This document shows, piece after piece, positions 28,077 through 37,231 of a stretch of 64,000 nt of DNA; position 1 is the stretch's first letter, and the number at the start of each line of letters is the position of its first letter. A model generated the notes under the pieces. That model saw nothing but the letters and a program-made list of their open reading frames with translations. It did no database searches and was not told the DNA's origin. The translations under genes were made by a program, and so were the position numbers. This DNA comes from a virus: the IMG/VR virus record IMGVR_UViG_3300009128_000002. One strand, written 5' to 3'.

Positions 28077-29559
28077 AAACTACGATAAAATAGCAAAGGA
28101 TATAAACAAAACTTATGCTTCATCTAGAGGTAAAGTAGGTAAGGATAAAGATGGTGTTGATACTGCTGGAAACCGTGTAGTTTATGAAAAGGATGGTTAT
28201 AGAGTACAGCAACTGACTGACGATGGTTTGGGTGATACGTTTGTTGTTATTAAAAACTATAAGCAACTTCTTTTAGGTTGGTCTGCTAAAGTTGGTGGAA
28301 ATAAAAAGACTGCTCTAAAACTTAAAAAGACTGATAAGTTCAAATGGACTTGGGCAAAGTATGCCAAAAATTATGGTGGACAAGCAGGTGGTATGTTACA
28401 AGCACCTGGCTCAGAAACACTATCTGGTAATACGTGGGAAGTATCTCCTGTAGAATTAATTGCTTGGTTAAAGAAAGAAGGTATTAAAGAATCAGTTGAA
28501 CTTGAAGAAGGTTACTTTAACGTCCAATACTACGATAAAAAAGGTAAAGCAGTTAAAGGTGGTAAAACATTCAAAACTAAATCTGAAGCAGATAAGTATG
28601 CTAAACGTGGTAACGCAGTAGATAAAGTTGGTGGTACATATAAAGTTCTTGCTGTTAAAGGACGTATGGAATCAGTTGAACTAGACGAAGTTGAACTTGA
28701 TGAAGCAAAACAAGTATCTCTTTCAAAGAAAGGTGAATATAATTTAACTGCTGATGGCAAATCCTCTGTTGGTGTTCGTTTATCACTAAGATATAATGGT
28801 AAACAAGTTCTTACTGGTGTTAAACAAGATGGTATGTTTGTAATGGCGTTTGATGCTAAGTTCGTTAAAGATAATAAATTAGATCACGGTGCTAAGATTG
28901 TTAAGAAAGGTAAGTGGACTCACGTAGGATTCAAGAAAGCAGACGATGTAATTGCTTATGCCGTTCTTGGTGGATTGAGTGAAGAAGTTATTAATGAAGT
29001 TAATAATGGATTAGGTTCATTTGTTTCGCAAATGAAGAAGTTACTTAAAGACCCTAAAGCAAAAAAGGCACACAGAGCCGCCTCATCATTGATTATGCGT
29101 GCCCAAGAGAAAGGACCTCTTGCTAAAACTGCTGTTAAAGCAATCAAAAAAGCATTGCCTGGACTTGCTAAGAAGGCAGGTGGTAAATGGGAAAAGAAAA
29201 TTCTTGGTATGAGAACAATGTTAATTGAGGAAAAAGAAATGAAAACATTTGAAAGTCTAAGAGGTGAATTAACTGAAGCGAAAGCAAAAGGATTTATTGG
29301 AACTAAAGGTAATAACAACTACGCAGTATCATTAGATGGTGCTGACAGTTCACGTCCTGATTCAATGGATGTAGAACGTGCCGCTCATAAATTTAAGAAA
29401 GTTGCTAAAAAGGGTTATGCTGGTTCTAAAGGTAAAGCAACTATACCTGCAGTTAAAAAAGAAATTAAAATGTTAGGTGCAACACAGTATTATGCAAAAT
29501 GGCAGAAAGATTCTTCTTCATACAAAGATGATACTGTTACAATCTATTACACTAAATAG
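28045..29559 (+). CDS. Lys-rich multi-module probable internal-head polyprotein
   Basis: MKTFNQLRE leader; linkers ESVELEE, ESVELDEVELDE, LSEEVINE, LIEEKEMKTFESLRGELTE. Confidence 0.75.
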   Translation: MKTFNQLREAKNYDKIAKDINKTYASSRGKVGKDKDGVDTAGNRVVYEKDGYRVQQLTDDGLGDTFVVIKNYKQLLLGWSAKVGGNKKTALKLKKTDKFKWTWAKYAKNYGGQAGGMLQAPGSETLSGNTWEVSPVELIAWLKKEGIKESVELEEGYFNVQYYDKKGKAVKGGKTFKTKSEADKYAKRGNAVDKVGGTYKVLAVKGRMESVELDEVELDEAKQVSLSKKGEYNLTADGKSSVGVRLSLRYNGKQVLTGVKQDGMFVMAFDAKFVKDNKLDHGAKIVKKGKWTHVGFKKADDVIAYAVLGGLSEEVINEVNNGLGSFVSQMKKLLKDPKAKKAHRAASSLIMRAQEKGPLAKTAVKAIKKALPGLAKKAGGKWEKKILGMRTMLIEEKEMKTFESLRGELTEAKAKGFIGTKGNNNYAVSLDGADSSRPDSMDVERAAHKFKKVAKKGYAGSKGKATIPAVKKEIKMLGATQYYAKWQKDSSSYKDDTVTIYYTK

Positions 29560-29568
29560 GAGTATATA

Positions 29569-29730
29569 ATGGCAAAGAAAAAACCAAACAAGGCATTAAA
29601 AGATTCAATTAAACAGAACGCAAGTCTTAAAGCAAAGACTAAGTATGCCGAAGAACCAATTACTGTTGCAGATAGACCTGCACCACGTAGTTCAAACGAT
29701 ATTTTAAAGGAGTTAATTGAAAATGGCTAA
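29569..29730 (+). CDS. Small basic protein (53 aa, not in ORF track)
   Basis: AGGAG RBS, MAKKKPNKALKDS... Confidence 0.55.
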   Translation: MAKKKPNKALKDSIKQNASLKAKTKYAEEPITVADRPAPRSSNDILKELIENG

Positions 29731-29902
29731 AAGTAAAAAGAAAACTGTTACTGATAAAGTAAAGGATACTGTAAAAAAGGTTGCAGGTAAAGATATTTTA
29801 CGTGACGCATCAACAGGTGTATTTTTTGAAGGTAAAGCACCTAAAGGTGTTAGTCCTTCTGGTAATATGGGTGGAAAACCTTTTTACGAAGTTACTAGAT
29901 AA
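29723..29902 (+). CDS. Small basic protein
   Basis: AAGGAG RBS, MAKSKKKTV... Confidence 0.55.
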   Translation: MAKSKKKTVTDKVKDTVKKVAGKDILRDASTGVFFEGKAPKGVSPSGNMGGKPFYEVTR

Positions 29903-29968
29903 TGTTTCTAAAAGTAGTAGATACAATCGTTACACAAGAAGTTATTGATGTAAACGAGGAATTAGATA

Positions 29969-30364
29969 ATGATAGAAACACCGAAGGAAATAGACTTTCC
30001 AACCTTGAACAAGAGGAACTTTTTGACATATATGGCGAGCCATTATGTGGAGAACCTAGTTGAAGATGATGTTTGTGATTTTGAGGATGATTTAAAACGT
30101 ATAAAATACATTAAACGTTTATTAACAAAGTATAATGAAACTGGTGTTTTAAAAACACGATTATTATTAAACCATATTGTTATATTAATGAATACACTTG
30201 GTCCACTTGCTACTACTAGGATATTATTATATAAAATTAATCCCAAATACCATGAAATTATATCAACGTTTTTACATGAATTAAATGCTTTAAATGGTGT
30301 ATTAATGAAAGAAATGGGTATTGATGAAAAGGTACAAAACTTAATTAGAAAAGAAATGCGATGA
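29969..30364 (+). CDS. Conserved T4-like hypothetical protein
   Basis: LNKRNF...FEDDLKRIKYIKRLL...RLLLNH pattern typical of marine T4-like genes near primase. Confidence 0.7.
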   Translation: MIETPKEIDFPTLNKRNFLTYMASHYVENLVEDDVCDFEDDLKRIKYIKRLLTKYNETGVLKTRLLLNHIVILMNTLGPLATTRILLYKINPKYHEIISTFLHELNALNGVLMKEMGIDEKVQNLIRKEMR

Positions 30365-30792
30365 ATACTTTAAACGAACAAGGTGCTGGATCTTCTGCTT
30401 TAGATTTATACTTTGTATATAAATTTGCAAAATATATTGCCATGGATTGGGAAGATTGGGAAGCATATAAGTTAGGTATCATTGACGATAAGGGAAATGT
30501 TATTAAAAAGAACCGTACAATGACGGTTGAAAAGCAAAATTACACATTTTTCCATAGATTACTTCGTAAGTTAAAACAGTTGTTAGAAAAGGTGCCTGGT
30601 ATGAAATCTAAACTAGGTAAAGCAGCTGCCGCTTATTTCTTATTTAAAGAAGAATTAGTTAAACATGGAACAGATGCAGAAGCATTAGATGAAGCATTTC
30701 TTGACTATTGTAATGATAATATGACTTTATCTGAGTCTATGCAAATGGAACAGTTATTATCACAACATATATTATTGGAGAATGTGAAATGA
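30361..30792 (+). CDS. Conserved T4-like hypothetical protein
   Basis: WEDWEAYKLGIIDDKG...FHRLLRKLKQLL. Confidence 0.7.
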   Translation: MNTLNEQGAGSSALDLYFVYKFAKYIAMDWEDWEAYKLGIIDDKGNVIKKNRTMTVEKQNYTFFHRLLRKLKQLLEKVPGMKSKLGKAAAAYFLFKEELVKHGTDAEALDEAFLDYCNDNMTLSESMQMEQLLSQHILLENVK

Positions 30793-31079
30793 ATGAAGAA
30801 GTAACAGTAGGTGATGGTGGTGGAGCAGTAAACGTTCAAAAAGACGTTCCGTTGTTTACTAAACCAGATGGTAAAGCCTTTGGTTCAGATTATTGGACTG
30901 CACCTGATAATGATACTTATCATAATGTTAGATTAGGAAAGAATAGGTACAAACGTTGGGATTCGTTTGTAGGTAAAAGTGATTGGGCTAAAGGTGTAGC
31001 CAATTATGCAAAATCTAATAAAGGAGGAATGTTGCTTAAACATCCTAAAGATCCAGTATTTCAAGTAATTAGACGATAA
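30789..31079 (+). CDS. Hypothetical protein
   Basis: GGAG RBS, operon-packed. Confidence 0.6.
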   Translation: MNEEVTVGDGGGAVNVQKDVPLFTKPDGKAFGSDYWTAPDNDTYHNVRLGKNRYKRWDSFVGKSDWAKGVANYAKSNKGGMLLKHPKDPVFQVIRR

Positions 31080-31082
31080 TAC

Positions 31083-31111
31083 TTGACATTTGGTTGACCG
31101 TCGTGTATAAT
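31083..31111 (+). promoter_or_regulatory. Consensus sigma70 promoter for primase
   Basis: TTGACA-17bp-TATAAT; nearly leaderless. Confidence 0.8.
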
Positions 31112-31118
31112 ATACACT

Positions 31119-32141
31119 ATGGATTATATTGATCAGAAATACATAGGTATTCTGGGCGTTCGCCTAGAGCAATTCAAAAAGAAAGGTAAAGGGTTATGGC
31201 AATGTCGTTGTCCTTTATGTGGCGATTCTAAAAAAGACAAAACAAAGGCACGTGGTTTCATCTTCGAATATGATGGTGATGTAATGTATAAGTGTCATAA
31301 TTGTGGTGTTGCAACAAGTTTTCCAAGTTTACTTAAAGAAGTAGATATTAACTTACATAAACAGTATGTGCTTGAAAAGTTCGGTAATAAGAACAAACGT
31401 AAGAAACCTGAAACTGTTGATGAATTTTTCAAATCAGTAAAGAATAAGTTTGAAGGTAAAACGTTTAGACTACACGGTCTTAATCGCATTGACAAATTAG
31501 ATTCAAATCACCCAGCAAAACAATATTGTGACAATAGGAAAATACCTATTGAAGCACAAAAACGACTGTTTTGGACTGATACGTTCAAACAATGGGCCCA
31601 TTCTAAAAACAAAGAAAAGTTCAAAGTCATCAAAAAGGATGAGGGTAGAATTGTTATTCCATTCCTTTCTGAAGATGGACATTTGATAGCATTTCAAGGA
31701 CGTACACTTGACCCAAACAATGAATTACGTTATATAACTATTAAAGTTGATGAAACTGTATGTAAGTTGTTCGGACTTGAAAAGATGGACACAACAAAAC
31801 CTGTGTATGTACTCGAAGGTCCGATTGATAGTTTATTCATTCCTAATTCAATCGCAATGGCAGGTTCTGATATGAACAAAAAATGTGTGATGAACAAGGA
31901 TACTGAATTTGTTATTGTAATGGACAACGAAAACAGAAACAAAGAAATCGTAAATAAAATCGCTGGATTCATTGATAATGGATTTTCAGTATGTATTTGG
32001 GATGAGAATATTAAACAGAAAGACGTGAATGATATGATACTAAACGGTATGTCTGCTGAACAAGTATTTGACTCAATTAAACGCTATACATATAAAGGAT
32101 TACAAGCAAAAATGAGACTAGCACAGTGGAGTAAAGTTTGA
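31119..32141 (+). CDS. gp61: DNA primase gp61
   Basis: CPLCGDS...CHNC zinc finger, FQGR, TOPRIM EGPIDSLF, DNE, KDVND. Confidence 0.95.
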   Translation: MDYIDQKYIGILGVRLEQFKKKGKGLWQCRCPLCGDSKKDKTKARGFIFEYDGDVMYKCHNCGVATSFPSLLKEVDINLHKQYVLEKFGNKNKRKKPETVDEFFKSVKNKFEGKTFRLHGLNRIDKLDSNHPAKQYCDNRKIPIEAQKRLFWTDTFKQWAHSKNKEKFKVIKKDEGRIVIPFLSEDGHLIAFQGRTLDPNNELRYITIKVDETVCKLFGLEKMDTTKPVYVLEGPIDSLFIPNSIAMAGSDMNKKCVMNKDTEFVIVMDNENRNKEIVNKIAGFIDNGFSVCIWDENIKQKDVNDMILNGMSAEQVFDSIKRYTYKGLQAKMRLAQWSKV

Positions 32142-32335
32142 AATACATAGTTAATTATGATACACCAAAAGGGGTTAACAAAACAGTAACTAAAACTGCA
32201 ACTTCAATAGACGAATTAGTTGATGATTGTGAAAAGAGTAATAGAAGTATTAATTGGATAAAGACTGAATATGATGTTACAGTTGTAGAAAGGTTATATA
32301 TAGAAGAATTTAAAAGAACTGAGTTGAAAGGTTAA
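32138..32335 (+). CDS. Hypothetical protein
   Basis: Operon-packed ORF. Confidence 0.5.
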   Translation: MKYIVNYDTPKGVNKTVTKTATSIDELVDDCEKSNRSINWIKTEYDVTVVERLYIEEFKRTELKG

Positions 32336-32336
32336 T

Positions 32337-32597
32337 ATGAAAAAAACATTTAGTACATTAGAAGAGGTTGCATTGGATAAAGAAAACATTGCATTGAAGA
32401 TAGAAAATAAAGCATTAAGAACTGAAAATAGGGTTTTAAATGACAATCTAAATAAAACAGAAAAGGAACTAATGCAACTTAAAGCAAAGTATGATTCTAT
32501 TTGTGGTAAGATTAAAATTAATGCTAGTGATAATAGAAAAAGTGAAGGTGAAATGTTTCTTATGAAAGATATACTTAATAAAGGTAATTGGGAGTAA
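32337..32597 (+). CDS. Coiled-coil hypothetical protein
   Basis: Heptad pattern. Confidence 0.55.
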   Translation: MKKTFSTLEEVALDKENIALKIENKALRTENRVLNDNLNKTEKELMQLKAKYDSICGKIKINASDNRKSEGEMFLMKDILNKGNWE

Positions 32598-32601
32598 TAA
32601 T

Positions 32602-32820
32602 ATGCCGTTTTTTGATTTTAAGTGTGAAGAATGTGGTGAAATAATTGAAAGAAACGTGAAGTGGTCAAAAACAATGGCAGAAGATTTAGAGCCTTGTAAA
32701 TGTGGTGCTAAGAAATGGAAAAGACAGTTTAGTGTATCACATAGTAAATTCGCAGAACCAGATAGGGATATTGCAGTAAGACAGACAAATGAAATGATGA
32801 GTGGAAAAGGATGGTTATAG
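32602..32820 (+). CDS. FmdB-family zinc-ribbon protein
   Basis: MPFFDFKCEECG...C.CG. Confidence 0.7.
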   Translation: MPFFDFKCEECGEIIERNVKWSKTMAEDLEPCKCGAKKWKRQFSVSHSKFAEPDRDIAVRQTNEMMSGKGWL

Positions 32821-32821
32821 T

Positions 32822-33241
32822 ATGAGTGTTTTTAATAAAGTAATGGATGCTTTTTATAAGCAATCTGCAAAAAGAATTAAACATAAGGAAGTAAAAAGAG
32901 AACGTTATAGACAAGTATATGGTAATATTGAAGGAAGTAAAAAAACTTGTGATGAATTAAAAGAAATATTTGATTCTGGTGGTATTATTATTGACCTAAG
33001 AAACCCAGTTGATTTTATATCTGGTGGTATGGTACACAATGCAATTAATGTGCCTGCAAAAGATATTGATAACTGGTTAAATAGTAATAATAACCTTACT
33101 AAAAATACACCTATTATGTTATATTCAACTAATGGTATTACTGCAATAGAGGTACTTGAGAAATTAAAAAGAACACCTTATAATTTCAATAATGTTCATA
33201 ATATAGGGGCTGCCAGATGGTATCCTAACTGTTCTTGTTAA
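32822..33241 (+). CDS. Rhodanese-fold protein with active-site Cys replaced by Ser
   Basis: IIDLRNPVDF..G...AINVP...IMLYSTNG...VHNIG; C-terminal CSC. Confidence 0.75.
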   Translation: MSVFNKVMDAFYKQSAKRIKHKEVKRERYRQVYGNIEGSKKTCDELKEIFDSGGIIIDLRNPVDFISGGMVHNAINVPAKDIDNWLNSNNNLTKNTPIMLYSTNGITAIEVLEKLKRTPYNFNNVHNIGAARWYPNCSC

Positions 33242-33248
33242 TTCTTGT

Positions 33249-33256
33249 TATAAATA
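33249..33256 (+). promoter_or_regulatory. T4 late promoter
   Basis: TATAAATA before 33288 and the ruvC-like gene. Confidence 0.7.
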
Positions 33257-33287
33257 AGATTAATTAACATATATCAAGGAAGACCCA

Positions 33288-33434
33288 ATGATTGAAATTT
33301 CTATAGAGTGTGATGAATGTCTTGCATCATGTGTTATACAACATGAGCTTGATGAAGACCATTATGAAATACAAGAACAGTGCCCATTTTGTGGTAGTAC
33401 GAATGTTTGTATTGAATGTGATGAGGAAATATGA
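33288..33434 (+). CDS. Small zinc-finger protein (48 aa, not in ORF track)
   Basis: MIEISIECDEC...CPFCG; AAGGA RBS. Confidence 0.65.
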   Translation: MIEISIECDECLASCVIQHELDEDHYEIQEQCPFCGSTNVCIECDEEI

Positions 33435-33988
33435 TAGTTGGTATTGATTACTCAATGACATCACCTGCAATATGTGTTTGTATTGGTGAATTTAAGTATG
33501 AAAACTGTAAGTTTATTTTCGTAACTGGTAAAAAGAAATTCGCACAACCTTTTAATAAACAAATAGAAGGTGTTATCCTCCCTACATATAAAAACAACAC
33601 TGAAAGGTTTTCTAGCCTAGCAGAAATAACCCGCGATTTTATTTTTAATGAATGGCCTGAGGATGATGAAGTTTCATTAGGTCTTGAGGGTTATGCTATG
33701 GGGGCAAAAGGTCAAGTATTCAACATTGGTGAAAATACTGGTATTCTTAAATATTATTTACAATATATTGAGGAGTGGGGTGTTGATATTCATGCTCCAT
33801 CTGCCATTAAGAAATTCGCTACTGATAAAGGTAACGCCAGTAAAGAATTAATGTATGAAGCATTTGTTAAAGAAACTGGTGTAAACCTTGATGAAATATT
33901 AGAACAAAAAATTGATAATGGTGTACCATCTCCAATAAGTGATATCGTAGACGCTTATTACATTGCAAAGTTACAATCAACTATGTAA
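33431..33988 (+). CDS. RuvC-like Holliday junction resolvase
   Basis: GIDYSMTSP, LEGYA, PSAIKKFAT.KGNASKE, DIVDAYY. Confidence 0.85.
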   Translation: MIVGIDYSMTSPAICVCIGEFKYENCKFIFVTGKKKFAQPFNKQIEGVILPTYKNNTERFSSLAEITRDFIFNEWPEDDEVSLGLEGYAMGAKGQVFNIGENTGILKYYLQYIEEWGVDIHAPSAIKKFATDKGNASKELMYEAFVKETGVNLDEILEQKIDNGVPSPISDIVDAYYIAKLQSTM

Positions 33989-34006
33989 ATACCTAAATAT
34001 AATACT

Positions 34007-36229
34007 ATGAGTAATATATTTGATTACAATCCTATACAAGAGTGGAATGGTAAAGTAATAGACTTTGGTACAGGAAACTCACAAAAAAACTATGATATAA
34101 CTTCTATGGTTACTTCTGTTGAGGGAGCACAAGAGGCTACCTCGTTGGTTGATAGGGCCTTATATGATGCAGAGACATATAGAGAAATTAACCGTGTAAT
34201 AAGATTATTCTTTTCTGGACAACCATTAGATGTTGAAATATCAGATTGGGGTGGTAACGTCGGTGAAATATTTGAAATTAATATTAACTTTTCACTTGAT
34301 GTTAGTATTGTATTATATAATAATCTAGTAATACCACTTGATGAGCCCAATGTTTATATTTTAAACGAACATGGTTATAATTATTATTATAGTTTAATTA
34401 AAAATACAACATTACCCAAATGTGAGATATTTTTGGATAAAAAAGAAAGTTTTAGAACATCTGCAAAATATCCATTATTTACACCTACTGGTTGTTATAC
34501 TAATGATTTTAGTAAACCAAGGTTAAGTGAAAATTCAAATGAATCCTGTACTTCTATGGGTGCTATGTGGTTAGAAGGAACATATGATACACCTTTTTAT
34601 TTACTTAAAGAAATTGAAGGTCCACGCACTTATTCATATACAACTTCCCATATGCCTAATGGTGACCCATTTGTTGATATAAATTGGTATGATGGTGCTT
34701 TAGATAGTAGGTGCTCTGATTTCCAATATACAGACCAAGCATCCTGCGAAAGTAATAGTACAACTATGTGTCTAGGTGCTAATGGACAAGAAGTTATGGC
34801 TGATAGATATAATGGACAGCTTTCACCTGCATTTAGTACCCAAACCAAATGCGAGGTATTTTCTAGTTGGCAAGGTAGAGGGTGTTATTATAGTAGTAAT
34901 AAAGTAAATTGGTATTGGTCTTACATTAACAATGTCTATGGTGTGGATATAACAGAGGAAGAGTGTTGGTCTTACAGTAACAATTCGTATTATTATGTGT
35001 TGCATGAGCCGGGAAATGTGTGGGATATAGATTATCATAGTTGGTGGCCTTCTATGCATACACAAGCCACTGTGCAACAACAAATATTGTATGAAGGTGA
35101 TAGTATGTATCACTATCCAACAATATACAACGACACAGTCATGCCAGCAGTACACACCGAACGTATTGAGTGGAATGATTTGAGTGCTAACGGAAAAAAA
35201 CGTAGGGGGCGACAAACACGTTTATTTTGGATTGGATATGGACTTACACATCATTTAGAGGATCATAGAACGTTAATTGACCCTAGTAAATATTTGAAGG
35301 TCACTTTCCCTGAGCATTTTTCTGTACAAAATACAAACAGTAGACCTTCATCTGCATATGGTTATACCAATCAATATGGGAAAACTATGATTGAGTGGAA
35401 AGCACCACAATGGGGGACAAGTGTTAATGCTAGAACATATCCAACACCAGATTATTATAGAATTTATCGTAGTAATTATTATAGGTTTGGTATCACATCA
35501 CCTACTGATTATACAGAGGGAATTAAACATTTAGTGGGGGAGGTTCCCCATACTGAAGATGAAGACCGTATGTATTTTGAAGAGTATGAAGCCGATTTAC
35601 GTGCAGAGGGTTTGTTTAATAACCAATATGCATATTATTGGGTTACTGCCGTATGGACTAATTTTACAATGGGTAATAAGGGGTTAGATGCATCTTTATA
35701 TAATGGTTATTTTAATGATAATATAAGTTGGTTTGATACTGCTGTTCCTAATTCAACAACAAGGTGGCATAGTATTAACCATAATTCAGGTGGTAATAAA
35801 TATTCATATAAAGTAGTTGGTTACTTTAGAGCAAGTACCACTGGTATATATAATTTTAGACTACATAGTGATGATGCATCGTATTTATGGATTGGTTCTT
35901 CTGGTACTACATATGGTGATTTAGAGGGTAGTGCTACTATTAGCAACTCACTTATTAGTAATGGTGGTTTACATCCACCATATTCAGTTTCTGGTAATAT
36001 ATCATTGGTTGCAGACACGTATTATCCAATTTTAATGTATTATGGAGAATGGACAGGTGGTCAAGTTTTCGAACTATTTTTCACACCACCTAATGGAATT
36101 GAACAAACATCTGGTCATGGTTATTTCTTTATGGATGATAGTGATGTTACCAATGGGTATAATACAGATGGTGTTGAAAGAGAGGGTCATTTTACTGCAA
36201 ATAATAATTGTAGGTCATACTACCTATAA
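34007..36229 (+). CDS. Large probable virion-surface protein with Cys-rich repeats, FN3-like and PA14/GLEYA domains
   Basis: GYFRA..TGIYNFRLHSDDASYLWIG...YYPILMYYGE (PA14); IEWKAP..YRIYRS..YWVTAV (FN3). Confidence 0.7.
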   Translation: MSNIFDYNPIQEWNGKVIDFGTGNSQKNYDITSMVTSVEGAQEATSLVDRALYDAETYREINRVIRLFFSGQPLDVEISDWGGNVGEIFEININFSLDVSIVLYNNLVIPLDEPNVYILNEHGYNYYYSLIKNTTLPKCEIFLDKKESFRTSAKYPLFTPTGCYTNDFSKPRLSENSNESCTSMGAMWLEGTYDTPFYLLKEIEGPRTYSYTTSHMPNGDPFVDINWYDGALDSRCSDFQYTDQASCESNSTTMCLGANGQEVMADRYNGQLSPAFSTQTKCEVFSSWQGRGCYYSSNKVNWYWSYINNVYGVDITEEECWSYSNNSYYYVLHEPGNVWDIDYHSWWPSMHTQATVQQQILYEGDSMYHYPTIYNDTVMPAVHTERIEWNDLSANGKKRRGRQTRLFWIGYGLTHHLEDHRTLIDPSKYLKVTFPEHFSVQNTNSRPSSAYGYTNQYGKTMIEWKAPQWGTSVNARTYPTPDYYRIYRSNYYRFGITSPTDYTEGIKHLVGEVPHTEDEDRMYFEEYEADLRAEGLFNNQYAYYWVTAVWTNFTMGNKGLDASLYNGYFNDNISWFDTAVPNSTTRWHSINHNSGGNKYSYKVVGYFRASTTGIYNFRLHSDDASYLWIGSSGTTYGDLEGSATISNSLISNGGLHPPYSVSGNISLVADTYYPILMYYGEWTGGQVFELFFTPPNGIEQTSGHGYFFMDDSDVTNGYNTDGVEREGHFTANNNCRSYYL

Positions 36230-36232
36230 AAC

Positions 36233-36261
36233 TTGACTTTTATATGGTATTATAGTATAAT
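36233..36261 (+). promoter_or_regulatory. sigma70-type promoter
   Basis: TTGACT-17bp-TATAAT. Confidence 0.7.
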
Positions 36262-36282
36262 ATCTTAATTAAGGAGCAAAAT

Positions 36283-36519
36283 ATGTATATAGAAACATGG
36301 CAAATGTTGATGGTGGGTATGGTTATTATATCTGCATATTTTTCATATGGACAAGGAAGAAAAGAAGGCGTCGCCGCTGGGGTGAATGTTGTAATTTCAG
36401 ATCTACATGAAAAGGGTATTATATCTGTGTATAGAGATATTGAACGTGGTGAAGTTGTTATTGGCAGATATGATGAATTTGATTGGGAGGCTGAAGTTGA
36501 AATCGACACCGAAGATTGA
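36283..36519 (+). CDS. Small membrane-anchored protein
   Basis: AAGGAG RBS, N-terminal TM. Confidence 0.6.
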   Translation: MYIETWQMLMVGMVIISAYFSYGQGRKEGVAAGVNVVISDLHEKGIISVYRDIERGEVVIGRYDEFDWEAEVEIDTED

Positions 36520-36653
36520 TAAAGATTGTGGTGCAGATTGCGATTGTCATAACGATCAACTAACCCATTTAGGTAGGAATGTTTGGACTAATGAGAATGG
36601 TGGAAGTGGACCGTCTGAACGTATGAAAAGGTTACTGAAAATGAAGGAAGAAC

Positions 36654-36875
36654 GTGCAAATAAAACTAAATAATGAGTTCTTTGGTTCGCTTTTTGGACT
36701 GCTAGGTGCATTCACTATTGCAGTAAATAACCCTATAGGATTTTGGTTTTTCTTAATATCAAACTTATGTATGATACATATGGGGTTTGAGAAGAAAATG
36801 AAACCATTTTTAGTTATGCAGGGGGCATTCCTATTAACATCATTAATTGGTATATATACTAATTATTTCGCTTGA
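36654..36875 (+). CDS. Small three-TM membrane protein
   Basis: Hydrophobic helices, GFWFFLISN. Confidence 0.6.
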   Translation: MQIKLNNEFFGSLFGLLGAFTIAVNNPIGFWFFLISNLCMIHMGFEKKMKPFLVMQGAFLLTSLIGIYTNYFA

Positions 36876-36900
36876 CATATGTAATCTACTGTGGTATAAT
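36872..36900 (+). promoter_or_regulatory. Consensus sigma70 promoter
   Basis: TTGACA-17bp-TATAAT with TGG extension. Confidence 0.8.
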
Positions 36901-36946
36901 GTCCTCGTTAAATAGAGAAATACATTAAATAAAGGAGAGTTATATT

Positions 36947-37231
36947 ATGAGTAAAATATCAACAGTAAGGGAAAATGTTGTAAACGCATTGAAAAATGAG
37001 GTTGCAACAATTACATTCACTAAAAAAGATGGTTCAGAACGTGTTATGAAAGGTACTTTGATGCCAACACTATTACCTGAATTTACATCTGATAAACCTA
37101 AAAAAGAACGCAAAGTAAACGAAGAAGTGGTTGCAGTATTTGATATTGAAGCAAACGGTTTTCGTTCGTTTAGACTTGACACTGTTACAAGTTTTGTTAC
37201 AGATACAATGGTTGCAGGTAAACTACTATAA
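36947..37231 (+). CDS. WYL_2 (DUF2693) Sm-like protein
   Basis: ITFTKKDGSERVMKGTL...VFDIEANGFRSFR. Confidence 0.8.
   Translation: MSKISTVRENVVNALKNEVATITFTKKDGSERVMKGTLMPTLLPEFTSDKPKKERKVNEEVVAVFDIEANGFRSFRLDTVTSFVTDTMVAGKLL

Noticed and set aside
36407-36673. 88-aa ORF as listed
   Set aside because: Its 5' half overlaps gene 36283 out of frame. A shorter 3' gene may exist, but its start cannot be placed.
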